Below, piece after piece: positions 1 to 10,020 of a stretch of 64,000 nucleotides of DNA. The DNA comes from Candidatus Heimdallarchaeota archaeon. GTDB taxonomy: Archaea; Asgardarchaeota; Heimdallarchaeia; JABLTI01. The number at the start of each line of letters is the position of its first letter. Position 1 is the first letter of the stretch. The notes below the pieces were generated by a model that was not told the origin of the DNA, did not search any database, and saw nothing but the letters and a program-made list of their open reading frames with translations. A program made the position numbers and the translations under genes. The DNA lies in assembly GCA_019058275.1 (NCBI GenBank), contig JAHLVW010000045.1, positions 1 through 64,000 of the forward strand, given 5' to 3'.

Positions 1-378
1 CATTTGCACTCCGGCTGTTCCAGCTTTACATGCAAATTCTAAATCAGCTGCTGTAGTGATAGGAGTTGCTCCAACTGCTTCAGAAACTATCGTGGCTGTA
101 GGTTTGACAGCATAAGGATGACTTTCAGAACCAACATATACAGCTTCAATATCCTCCGGCAAAATTCCAGCCATCTTAACTGCATTTCTTGCGGCCTCAA
201 CAGAAATTGTAATTGTATCTTCATCCATATCAGGAATGCTTTTTTCTTCCACTCCCAAACCTTTTCTAACTGCTTCGCCAGGTTGACCCCATATCCGAGC
301 TATTTCTTCTACCTTAATTCTAAAACGAGGTATGTAGACACCAAAACCTACAATACCAACTTTGTTTGTATCAGTCAA
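1..378 (-). CDS. Hydroxymethylglutaryl-CoA synthase, archaeal type (5' part; runs off window)
   Basis: Manual translation of the minus strand from TTG at 378: [22 protein letters not shown]...[15 protein letters not shown]...[12 protein letters not shown]...[10 protein letters not shown], which includes the catalytic Cys motif. Not in the ORF track because it is truncated. Confidence 0.92.
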   Translation of the reverse strand, partial: MTDTNKVGIVGFGVYIPRFRIKVEEIARIWGQPGEAVRKGLGVEEKSIPDMDEDTITISVEAARNAVKMAGILPEDIEAVYVGSESHPYAVKPTATIVSEAVGATPITTAADLEFACKAGTAGVQM

Positions 379-738
379 TATTAATCACTTTCTTAAATTT
401 GAAACTGGACGTGATATAGCTATCTTTGGATTTTATATCCTTTGGGAACAAAAATCTTTGGACGCAGAAGTTTAGAAAAGGGTTCTATTTTAGTTTTACT
501 TTCAAATATTATAATTAGGTTGGATATTTCTTGCTAATTTTTTTTACTTTATATATAAACTCAAAAACTGTTTGTCAGTTGCGTCATTAAAATACTTTTA
601 ATAGCTGATGTATTAATAATTCCTTTAGCAAATTATTTAGTGTGATAAGTTTCATCGCATGTTACAATAATTAAATTTGTTACACTAAAAGTCCGAACAA
701 GGAATTATTAAACAATAATACTCTATGAGGATTCTTTT

Positions 739-3030
739 ATGAGAAAAAGCAAGTTATATTCATTAATATTTTTCAGTTTCTTACTTCTTCCGCTAGTAAT
801 GAACAATTATACAGTTGCGCAAATTCCAATTACCCCTATTGAATACGATACCTTTAATCCAGTTTCAAAACCTAATCCTTCAACTGATTTGAATAAAAAC
901 AAAATTCATGATCACTTGGATAGTTTAATTGATGGAGGGTTCTTAGGAAGTTATTACACAACCATTGTTACATTCGATCAACCAATAACCAATGATTTAG
1001 TAAACCAAATCAAAGCTATTGGTGGTGAAGTTGTAGGATCTTGGTCATTAATATATGGAGCTGCAATTAGAATTGAAGGTTCTAATATTAATTCTTTAGC
1101 AGCTATTCCAGGGATTAATTTTATTACAGAAAATTATGAATCTAGAGCATTATTAAGCACAAGTGTTCCCCAAATTAATGTTCGACCTTATGTCTGGGAT
1201 ACTCTTGGATACGAGGGAGATTCAAGTATGGCAATCGCAATTATTGATACTGGAATTGATGATAGCCATCCAGATTTATCAACCAATGTTGATTTATTTG
1301 TCGATTTTGCAGGTCATGATGCATTAGTTGGTGGTGATGAATATATGTTTGCTACTGACTGGAATGGTCATGGAACTCATTGTGCCAGTATAGCTGTAGG
1401 AACTGGAGCAGAAGCTGGTACATCTTCATCCATGGAAATATCAGGAACTATTGGTTTACCAGACTTAGATGGTGGTTGGGGAATTATTGATCATGTCGAA
1501 GTTGAGTCATCTGGTACTGTAACAATATCAGTACAATGGGATGAGAAATCTGGTACAAATAACCCAAAAGATGATATGTTCATAGCATTAGATGTAAATA
1601 ATGATGGTGATCTTTCAGACGCTGAAGACATAAGTGTCACAGGTTTTTACGGTGACATTCCTATTGTTTTAACGTCATCAACACTTGCACCAGGTAAATA
1701 CTTGTATGCAATAGGTCCAGTAGATACAGGTGAACTTGACAGAGCTGCTGTTCAATATAAAATAACTCGTCCTGCATCATCAACCTCTGACGGAAATAAC
1801 AAATATCGAGGTGTAGCTCCTAATTGTAAGGTTATTAGCCTAAAAGCATTAGATGATTCAGGGGTTGGCACTCAACAAGATTTTATGGATGCTTTACAGT
1901 GGGTTTATGATAATGGTCAAGTAAATGATGTTGCTGTTGTAAGTATGTCATTAGGTTTTGATTCTGTAATTTCAGCAGTAGATAATTTAGTCAATAATTT
2001 GGTTTCACAAGGTTATGTTTGTGTTGCTGCAGCTGGTAATGGTCATACAGATGGAACTTACATTTATTCTCCAGGTATTGCATCTAAAGCTATTACAGTA
2101 GGAGCAATAGATGATGTCGATAAGGTGGCAATTTATTCATCCAATGGAGATCCACTTGACGATAAACCAGATGTTGTAGCTCCAGGTGGTGCTTATAAAC
2201 ACCCAATTGGCGCTGCAGAAAACACCCATCCAATAGTTGCAGCAGATACGAATGATAAGGATGCAGTTGCATTCAACTTAGGAACACCAGACATTTACTG
2301 GGAAAGTGAAATGAATGTTAACGATTACACAACCTATCAAGGAACAAGTATGGCAACACCACATGTTGCTGGATTAGCTGCTTTAATGATAGAAGCTATG
2401 GGTACTGATTGGACACATTCTGAAGCTGATGTTCTCAAAATTAAAAACTTGTTATGTGGAACAGCAACAGAAGTAATTAATGGTGAAACATTTGATGTCT
2501 ATTCCAATATACCTGCATTAAACCGAGGTGATCGTGATAATGTTGAAGGATTTGGAAAGGTTCATGGAGATGCAGCAATAGAAGCATTCCTATCAACCTA
2601 TATAGCAGGAGATGTTGTAGCAGATTCATTAAGCGATTCTCCAGCTGGTGTTCAATGCTGGGCTCGTAAAGTCGAATTAAAAGGATACATAGAATTCACT
2701 GCAGGGATTGAATTAGATGCAAGTGCAGATTATGACCTTTATCTATATGACCCTTCAGCAGATGTTACAACTGAAACAGGTATACTTGATAGTAGTACAA
2801 CTAGCGGTGGAGGTCTTCCTGAAAATATTCTTTATACACCAGCTGATGATATGACCGCGTATCTAGTAATTAAACGAGTTACAGGTTCAGGAAACTTTAC
2901 ATTACAAGCAGAAGCAACTAGAACAGGTAATCCTACTGGTCTTTTTAATATCCCAATAGTTGTTTGGACCATAATAGGTTTACTAGGATTCACAAGCGTT
3001 GTTTTCTTGATGAGAAAAAAGAGAACATAA
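739..3030 (+). CDS. Secreted, membrane-anchored S8 subtilisin-like serine protease
   Basis: Signal peptide; IAIIDTGID, HGTHCAS, AAAGN and GTSMATPHVAG motifs; C-terminal PPC-like domain, TM helix and basic tail. Confidence 0.93.
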   Translation: MRKSKLYSLIFFSFLLLPLVMNNYTVAQIPITPIEYDTFNPVSKPNPSTDLNKNKIHDHLDSLIDGGFLGSYYTTIVTFDQPITNDLVNQIKAIGGEVVGSWSLIYGAAIRIEGSNINSLAAIPGINFITENYESRALLSTSVPQINVRPYVWDTLGYEGDSSMAIAIIDTGIDDSHPDLSTNVDLFVDFAGHDALVGGDEYMFATDWNGHGTHCASIAVGTGAEAGTSSSMEISGTIGLPDLDGGWGIIDHVEVESSGTVTISVQWDEKSGTNNPKDDMFIALDVNNDGDLSDAEDISVTGFYGDIPIVLTSSTLAPGKYLYAIGPVDTGELDRAAVQYKITRPASSTSDGNNKYRGVAPNCKVISLKALDDSGVGTQQDFMDALQWVYDNGQVNDVAVVSMSLGFDSVISAVDNLVNNLVSQGYVCVAAAGNGHTDGTYIYSPGIASKAITVGAIDDVDKVAIYSSNGDPLDDKPDVVAPGGAYKHPIGAAENTHPIVAADTNDKDAVAFNLGTPDIYWESEMNVNDYTTYQGTSMATPHVAGLAALMIEAMGTDWTHSEADVLKIKNLLCGTATEVINGETFDVYSNIPALNRGDRDNVEGFGKVHGDAAIEAFLSTYIAGDVVADSLSDSPAGVQCWARKVELKGYIEFTAGIELDASADYDLYLYDPSADVTTETGILDSSTTSGGGLPENILYTPADDMTAYLVIKRVTGSGNFTLQAEATRTGNPTGLFNIPIVVWTIIGLLGFTSVVFLMRKKRT

Positions 3031-3341
3031 TCGAATTAAATACTCAAGTCTGTTTGAATTCATCTCACAGACTTTCTCATTTTTCTTTTCTTTCTTTCCA
3101 GAGTAAAGAAAGAGCTTTTTATCTCTGATGTTACCAACTTTAATTAGCTATTTATGACTCTATTTCGTTAACCAAAGTTAGATAATTCAATTTACTTCTT
3201 AAACAATTAAAAACTAGTAAATTTTCTTTAAAAAGCACTAAAAATACCGACAAAAGCCTTTCATTTATAAACAGCAAAAAAAATGACATTCCTTTTTGAT
3301 TAGATAATCTTATGTCCAATTTTACATTTTCAATTAAAACT

Positions 3342-3429
3342 TCAATAGTTTCTCGCTCAGATGCGTGATGAATCGCTGTAAGCGATAAGTAGCGTCGATA
3401 CGAGCACGCCCCAAAGCGTGAGCTATTGA
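3342..3429. repeat. GC-rich structured intergenic element (MITE-, REP- or ncRNA-like)
   Basis: Terminal inverted repeat TCAATAG/CTATTGA; internal stems GCTCA/TGAGC, ATCGCT/AGCGAT and CACGC/GCGTG in an otherwise AT-rich spacer. Confidence 0.4.
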
Positions 3430-3460
3430 TTTTCTTTATTATTGAATCAAAAATATTAAA

Positions 3461-5087
3461 TTAATCTTTTAAAACAAAAAATTCTCGAACGTATTTATTT
3501 AATGTTGAATTGTATATTTTGTCTGAATCAACTTTTATTGAAAAATAATCGCTTAGGTTTTCCTTATATTGCTGTAACGTTTGATTGGGTAAACCAATTA
3601 TCATAATTATCCCACTTTCCTTGAATTGTAATCCCTTCAGCAATTTTAGTTGTGAATCATTTGGTTGAGTATCCAAGAAACAAGAAGAAATACCTGAATG
3701 CAATTGCAATTTTTTATGAGAGGATAATAAGTCAATAAGAGTTAGTTTGTTATGTGTAAGAAATCGAAGAAGAATTGAAATGGGAATAGCAGTGAAATTC
3801 CTCTCATAATTTGATAGATTTTCTCGAGATGTTTTTAATATTAAAGCTAATTCTTGCTGAGTATAATTGTTTTGTTTTCTGATGGTGTAAAGATATTCAC
3901 CAAGTTGTGATGCTCTTAAGGTGTCAAGTTTGGAAAAGTCAAAATATCCTCGCTTTATTTTCTCATCCTTAAAATTAACAATTTGACCAGTCCAAGATCC
4001 TTTTTTTCTAATGGTAGAAAGTCGAGGTGAATAATTATAGGTTTTTTTTTGTAAAAGCAAATGTAATTCTTGTTGTTTTTGTGGATGATTTGAACCTATA
4101 AGAGATGCAAACTGCTTTCTTGAATGACCAGCAACAGTTAAATTAAAAGTAGTACCGCCAAAAAACCGTATACTCATAAAAGCGATGTTTTATATTATAA
4201 TCATTTAAGTAATGAGAAAAGTCAGAACGAAGCTGTTTCGATGCTGTACCAAATCCTATAACGTTTTTATAACTTCCATCAGCATCCATTAATCCAGCCC
4301 AAAAATTTCTCCGTAAAAGATCATTACTTTGAAAAATAAGTGGTTCACGTAATGCGGGATATTTTCGCTCATTAATCGGTTGTCCGGTTAAGAAATTAAA
4401 GAAACGAACAAGCCATTTCCCAAGGATATTTACATTCCATGCATTAGCATTTGATTGCTCAAAAAATTCAGTTTTGGAGTTGAATAACATTACTAACATC
4501 TGCGCTAAATTTTCTATATGTTCTTTAGAAGAATCAATGATATTAATGAAATACTCTGCAATATGACCATCACCCATAATCACTCCCGTGAGATAAGCCA
4601 ACTTTTCACTCAAATAAAGTGGTAGCTGGAAATTTTCACCTCGAGCAGATTGAAATTGTATAAACTCCTTGTCTGTAAAATAATCCAACCAATCATCAAC
4701 CAATCGAAAAAGTGGAAATGGTAACCATTGTTGATCAATTAAATAATTAATAATTTTTTTTTGCCAATCAAGAATAGATCTAATATAATTAGAATTCTGA
4801 AAATAATGTTGGATTTTTTCTGCCAAAGCAAGAGATTGCTTTCTAATTTTTGTAATATGCTCATTATCTAGAAGGATGTAGGGAAATGATTGTAAGATGC
4901 GTTCTCCGGTTAGAAAATCTATTTTACGAATCATTATAGAATATAGGAGCAGCTGCTTTCCTTGTGTTGTGTATGAATCTCTTCTACCCAACTCCAACAA
5001 TTCATTAGCAGTAAACCAAGTGTTTTGTGCAAGCGGTTCAGGATCCATTAGTAAAGGATCAGTTCGCCAGTGAAGAAACTCTTGCAT
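3461..5087 (-). pseudogene. LAGLIDADG endonuclease-like protein with XRE-type HTH, split by a frameshift (ORFs 4143..5087 and 3461..4177)
   Basis: Two LAGLIDADG motifs (LAYLTGVIMGDG, FWAGLMDADGS). HTH LYTIRKQNNYTQQELALILKTSRENLSNYERN in the downstream ORF. Removing one base from the A6 run at 4160-4165 fuses the ORFs (…YTVFGGTTFNL…). Confidence 0.75.
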
Positions 5088-5314
5088 AGCATTCTCCTAC
5101 AAAATTATAGTGTCCTCACTTTTTAAATACCTCTTGGAAAAGCTGTACGAATAACTAATTAGTCAGTTATTCTTTTAAACAAACATCGAATACTTTCGGC
5201 AATCTCCTTATAAAAACAATATAAATCTAGCTAAACATAAATAATAACGAAGAAAAAATACTCTCAAAAGGATACCGACTAACAAAGAAAGCTTACAGAA
5301 CACTCATAGCTGAT

Positions 5315-6733
5315 TTGCCAAAAAACGAATTAGAGAAAGCATTGGAACAAGTAAGACAAATAACGAAACCTCAAATAAAGAAAAGACCACTGCAACTAAC
5401 CACAAAAGTAAAGATCGTTCCCACAAAAGAACAAGAAGAAATCTTGTGGGTATTATCAGAAAACTGTCGGTTAATTCATTACTTTGCAAATAAAGAACGA
5501 AAAGAATGGTGGGACAAAAACAAACACTTGCCAAAGAAGAAAAGAGACAAAGAAAACAAATCAACCTATAACAAACAATCAGCACAATTACCAAAACTAA
5601 AAGAAAAATACTCTCGCTATAAACAAAATTACTCCAAAACACTACAAGACATTCTTAAACAATTAGAAGCTGATTACAAATCGTTTCATGCTCTCAGAAA
5701 AAGTGGCGATAATAACGCACAACCACCAAAATACAAATCGAAGGAATATTTCACAACAATGCATTATAATCAAAGCGGTTTCAAAATAGAAGGAACAAAA
5801 ATAACCTTGAGTCATTTCTATCCTACAAGAGAAACAAAAGAGGTAGACCTTACTTTTGAAATGCAAGGAAAATTCACTTTCACCGGTAAGAAAGTGAAAC
5901 AAGTAACAATCTATCGAGTACACAAAACAAAAGAATTCTACTTGTCGATCATTTACGAACAAAACACACCAGAGTATTTCGACAATGGTATTTATCAGAC
6001 AATAGACCTCGGACTAATAAATCTCGTTGCAGCAGTGAACAGTCATGAAGGTAAAACAATAACCATCAAGAACAAACGAGTAGATAAATACTGGCAACCA
6101 AAAATAGAGGAAGTGCAAAAGAAAAGAGATCATTACAAAAAATATTCTAATCGTTGGAAATGGTACAATGATAAAATGTGGAAAATGATCAGGAAACAAG
6201 CAAACCAAAGAAAAGATTTCCAACACAAAGTAAGCAAAAAAGTCGTCGAGAACACCAGAGCAAACATCATAATCATTGGTGATTTGAATGTTAAAGAAAT
6301 GAGTAAAAGCAAGAAAAATGATAAGAAGAAAGATAAAAGTCTTCACCGAAACATGCAAAGTAGTGGCTCATTAGGTCGCTTTGCTAGATTCTTAACCTAC
6401 AAAGCTCAACTTGCAGGTAAAAAAGTAATAAGGATCAGTGAACGAGGAACAAGTAAAAGATGCTGCTACTGTATGAAGAAGGAGAACAGAAAACTCTCCG
6501 AAAGAACTATTCAGTGTGATTGTGGGTTTGTAATAGATCGAGATACAAGTGGTACAGCTAATCTCATGCAAAGACTCCTCGCTCTCCTAGCACTATCACA
6601 AAAACGCCTTGTGGTCAGGCAACGACTCTTGAAAGATTTTCGAGAGAAGTTTTTTAGCGACACACAGCCAAACGTAAAACGAAAGTTCCTCCTCAACAGG
6701 AGTTGTGCGGACTCGCAGGGAATCACAAGTTAA
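5315..6733 (+). CDS. tnpB: IS200/IS605-family TnpB RNA-guided nuclease
   Basis: N-terminal KIVPTKEQEEIL HTH; RuvC-I IDLG; IIIGDLNVKEM; SERGTSKRCCYC and CDCG Zn finger; DRD RuvC-III. Confidence 0.9.
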   Translation: MPKNELEKALEQVRQITKPQIKKRPLQLTTKVKIVPTKEQEEILWVLSENCRLIHYFANKERKEWWDKNKHLPKKKRDKENKSTYNKQSAQLPKLKEKYSRYKQNYSKTLQDILKQLEADYKSFHALRKSGDNNAQPPKYKSKEYFTTMHYNQSGFKIEGTKITLSHFYPTRETKEVDLTFEMQGKFTFTGKKVKQVTIYRVHKTKEFYLSIIYEQNTPEYFDNGIYQTIDLGLINLVAAVNSHEGKTITIKNKRVDKYWQPKIEEVQKKRDHYKKYSNRWKWYNDKMWKMIRKQANQRKDFQHKVSKKVVENTRANIIIIGDLNVKEMSKSKKNDKKKDKSLHRNMQSSGSLGRFARFLTYKAQLAGKKVIRISERGTSKRCCYCMKKENRKLSERTIQCDCGFVIDRDTSGTANLMQRLLALLALSQKRLVVRQRLLKDFREKFFSDTQPNVKRKFLLNRSCADSQGITS

Positions 6734-6759
6734 CGCAAACTCTATTAGAGTCCGTTAAC
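6729..6759 (+). ncRNA. Hairpin at the tnpB 3' end (omegaRNA scaffold or right-end hairpin candidate)
   Basis: GTTAACG-CAA-ACTCT-ATT-AGAGT-C-CGTTAAC overlapping the stop codon. Confidence 0.5.
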
Positions 6760-7014
6760 CAAGATAGACCATAATCAATTATACCATTAATTATAGAGTA
6801 ATTAGTAACAAATAGCAGGTGAAAGAACGAAGAATACTTTCGACTAACTCCTTTGAAACCATTTATTTAAACAGACAAACTAGAACAAATAATTAGACTA
6901 GTGTATTGAGGTCGTGAAAAGAGGAACAGAGAGGAGAAGTCGGAAAAACAGAAGATAGGTTAAACTTCTCTACTATCTGACCTTTGCGCTTGGTCTTATG
7001 GTAGCTATCGGAGT

Positions 7015-10000
7015 TTGGATTGTATGGATGGAAAAGCAAAATTATTCCAGAAAATTACCTTAGAAAACCTAATGCTTCATGAAAATACTAAGGTAGATTT
7101 AGCAAAAGAAGCAATCACACTAATCACTGGAGCAAATGGGTCAGGTAAAACACAAGTGTTAGATGGGATTGTTATCTGTTTAGGTTACATACCAACAAGA
7201 GCAAAAGCAAAGGGGGTAGGAAGCTTAGTTGGTAAAATGGGTGAATTTGCTAAGGTAACACTAGAAGTAGCTAATCCAATAGTTAATGGAAAAAGATCTA
7301 TCTACACAATGGATCAAGATTTAAATTCAGTAATTAATTTTAATTCGTTTAATATAACAGCAAAAATATCTCAACAAGATAGTTCAATTACCTTCTACAT
7401 CAATAATTCAAGAAGAATTGTACGTGGAAGATTGGTTACAAGAAGAGATATTAGAAGAATTTTTGATACAATTGGTGTCCGTGGAGATAATAAATTAGCA
7501 TTTACAGGTGAGGGAACAGTAGATGAATTTGCTTCTAAAAGTCCAAAAAGAAAACTAGATGTTTTGTTAGAAGTAACAGGTTTGAAGCAGTACCGTGAAG
7601 AAGTCATTGCTGCACAGGAAACTCTTAAAGCTAGTATCCAAGAAATCGAACCACTAAAACGCAAGTTTGAAACAGAGAGTAAGCTTTTGAATATATGGAA
7701 CGATGCTATGAAAATCTTGAACCAAAAGAAGAAACTAATGATACTGAAGATCAAACTAGAAACAGAACTTGCTTGGTCATTTGTGAAGCGTTATGAAAAA
7801 CAATTGGAAGGGATCAATAAACAACGATTGACAATATTAAAACAAAAGAACGAAAATGAAGAAAATATAAGCAGGAAGGAAGATGAAATATCTTTAACAA
7901 AACGAAAGCTTCGAGCTCTTAATGAAGAATTACAATTAATTGAAGAACATGAACGAGTAAAAAATAGGCAGTTAATAACAGCAGAAACTCAACTAAGTTA
8001 TGAAGGAGAGAATATTAAGAATTTTAGAAAGGAAATTGATCGCTATCTCAAGCAAAAGGAAAGCATGGAGAGAATAATAGCAACTAAAGATTTGAGTGAA
8101 AAAGATAGAAAACTGCAAGACAAGCAAGAAGCTCTAGCAGTGAAAACAAAGAAACTATCAATGATGCAAGAGAAATATTCCAAAGCAGAAAAGGAACTAG
8201 AAATCTTAAGAAGGAAGATAGTAGTTGAACCAAATTTTGACTCCTTTGTATCTGATGAGGATGTATATTCAGGTAAACGTTTAACTAAATATGAAGAGGA
8301 TTTAGCAAATTCAGCAAAGATATTTTATCAAAAAATTAGAAGACAATCTTTTGATAAGGAAATTATTGGTCCAATTATATCACTTATTGATGTTAAAGAA
8401 GGAAAAGAAGGTTGGGCAAAAGCTGTAAAGAATCTTATTGGTCGTAACCTCTATGCCTTCTTAGCTAAAACAAATGAATCTTATAGGTTTGCAAAACGAT
8501 TGTATGATGAAACTTGGCCAAGATGGAAACCACCATTAACTGTTTACAGAGTATCAACAGAAGATGCGAAAACAGCAAATGAAAACAAGAAAACCCCCCC
8601 TTACAAGGAAATCCATGATTTGGTAAGTAATCTTATAACAGGAAATCCATATGCAGTTGGATTTCTAAAAAGAGTTGTTAAAGGGGGAGTTACTGAGGAT
8701 AAATATGATCCAAATATCTTAACGAACATTGCTAAAGATAGCAAGATAAACATACTAACAAAATCTGGAAAAAGCTTCTATTTATCTCAAGGTGGTTTTG
8801 GTCGACCACCAGCACCAATGAAGAATTCATTTGGGTGGAAAATTAAAATAATAGATGAAAAAGCGTTATCGACCAGTTTTGATGAAAGAAAAACCAGAGT
8901 AGCTATTGCTAGATTAGAAAGAGACACTCGTGACTTAAAAGTTGATGAAATAAAAACGCTAACAGAAATCTCTAAGTTACATCAAGAGATACAATCACTG
9001 GGAATGCCTGATGAGAAGATTATAGGGAAGATTGAAACCATAAATGAAATTATAGCAGTTATTGAAGCAAAAGCCAAAGAGTGCAAAATACATCAAAATG
9101 CGTTAAAACTTGAATTAGATGAAGTTTCAGATCGTTTCAGTGAGTATGTTATAAAGAAGGGAGACGTTAAAAACAGAATCAATGAAGTCCAAGAAACCTC
9201 TGATTTACTGAAATTAGAACTACATAGTTTACGTGAAAAATCAACAAGACTGCTAACTCTCGAGATTAATTATGATTCTGAATACGAAAACGTCTTACAA
9301 GAAATGAAGGAAAGAGAGGAAATTGCTAAGCAAAAAGGAGAGCGTCCAGAAGAAATTCGTAGCTATTCAGAAATTAGAGATGAATTAAGCAGAATTGAAG
9401 GGCATTTGGAATCTATAGGAATAAGCAATGTTGACGAAGAAAAAATCCAAGCTCAGAAAGTAAAGGTTGAATCACTACAAACATACATGGAAGAAAGAGA
9501 AGAACATATTACTAATTTAAGAGCTGATTTAGAAGCAAGATTAGCATTTTGGAATGGCGAATTACAAGAAGTAATAACAAACATTTCTAAATCAATGAAA
9601 TTGCTTCTTGGCGGAATTTTTGAAAAGACAAGGCTAAAAGTAACTAACATAAACAAACCAGATGAAGCTGGTTTGTATATTGAAGCAATCACGAAAGGAA
9701 AAGCTTATCGTGATTTCCGTGAGTTAAGTGGGGGCGAGAAAGTTCTTGCCATAGAAGGATTAATTCTAGCAATGCACACTTTAACTGATTCTCCAATACA
9801 TGCAATAGATGAATTTACACAAAGATTAGATGAGAAAAATAAAGCTCTAGCTTTTAGCATTGCTATAAGAACACAAAAACTTACAAGTGAAAATTCACGA
9901 TTTTTACCTCAATTCATACTTTTATGTCCTGATGCTTTAGATGTTGAATTATCAAATAATATCCATCATATGGTTGTTTCAGAAATGATGGTGGTGAAAG

Positions 10001-10020
10001 CAGAATATGTTAGACGATAA
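7015..10020 (+). CDS. SMC5/6-like ATPase (likely start ATG 7024)
   Basis: Walker A GANGSGKT; two coiled coils flanking a hinge (IIGPIISLIDVK..WAKAVKNLIGRNLYAF); LSGGEK signature; Walker B/D-loop AIDEFTQRLDEKN; QFILLCP in place of the His switch, as in Smc5/6. Confidence 0.85.
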   Translation: MDCMDGKAKLFQKITLENLMLHENTKVDLAKEAITLITGANGSGKTQVLDGIVICLGYIPTRAKAKGVGSLVGKMGEFAKVTLEVANPIVNGKRSIYTMDQDLNSVINFNSFNITAKISQQDSSITFYINNSRRIVRGRLVTRRDIRRIFDTIGVRGDNKLAFTGEGTVDEFASKSPKRKLDVLLEVTGLKQYREEVIAAQETLKASIQEIEPLKRKFETESKLLNIWNDAMKILNQKKKLMILKIKLETELAWSFVKRYEKQLEGINKQRLTILKQKNENEENISRKEDEISLTKRKLRALNEELQLIEEHERVKNRQLITAETQLSYEGENIKNFRKEIDRYLKQKESMERIIATKDLSEKDRKLQDKQEALAVKTKKLSMMQEKYSKAEKELEILRRKIVVEPNFDSFVSDEDVYSGKRLTKYEEDLANSAKIFYQKIRRQSFDKEIIGPIISLIDVKEGKEGWAKAVKNLIGRNLYAFLAKTNESYRFAKRLYDETWPRWKPPLTVYRVSTEDAKTANENKKTPPYKEIHDLVSNLITGNPYAVGFLKRVVKGGVTEDKYDPNILTNIAKDSKINILTKSGKSFYLSQGGFGRPPAPMKNSFGWKIKIIDEKALSTSFDERKTRVAIARLERDTRDLKVDEIKTLTEISKLHQEIQSLGMPDEKIIGKIETINEIIAVIEAKAKECKIHQNALKLELDEVSDRFSEYVIKKGDVKNRINEVQETSDLLKLELHSLREKSTRLLTLEINYDSEYENVLQEMKEREEIAKQKGERPEEIRSYSEIRDELSRIEGHLESIGISNVDEEKIQAQKVKVESLQTYMEEREEHITNLRADLEARLAFWNGELQEVITNISKSMKLLLGGIFEKTRLKVTNINKPDEAGLYIEAITKGKAYRDFRELSGGEKVLAIEGLILAMHTLTDSPIHAIDEFTQRLDEKNKALAFSIAIRTQKLTSENSRFLPQFILLCPDALDVELSNNIHHMVVSEMMVVKAEYVRR

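Larger units (their letters stand above)
5220..6780 (+). mobile_element. IS1341-like element (TnpB only, no TnpA); boundaries approximate
   Basis: Solo tnpB, strongly A-skewed compared with its neighbours, with a hairpin at its 3' end. Confidence 0.6.

Noticed and set aside
118-384. 88 aa + strand ORF
   Set aside because: Antisense to the HMG-CoA synthase gene.
4143-5087. Intein or intron-encoded endonuclease
   Set aside because: No Hint splice motifs and no interrupted host gene or rRNA seen.
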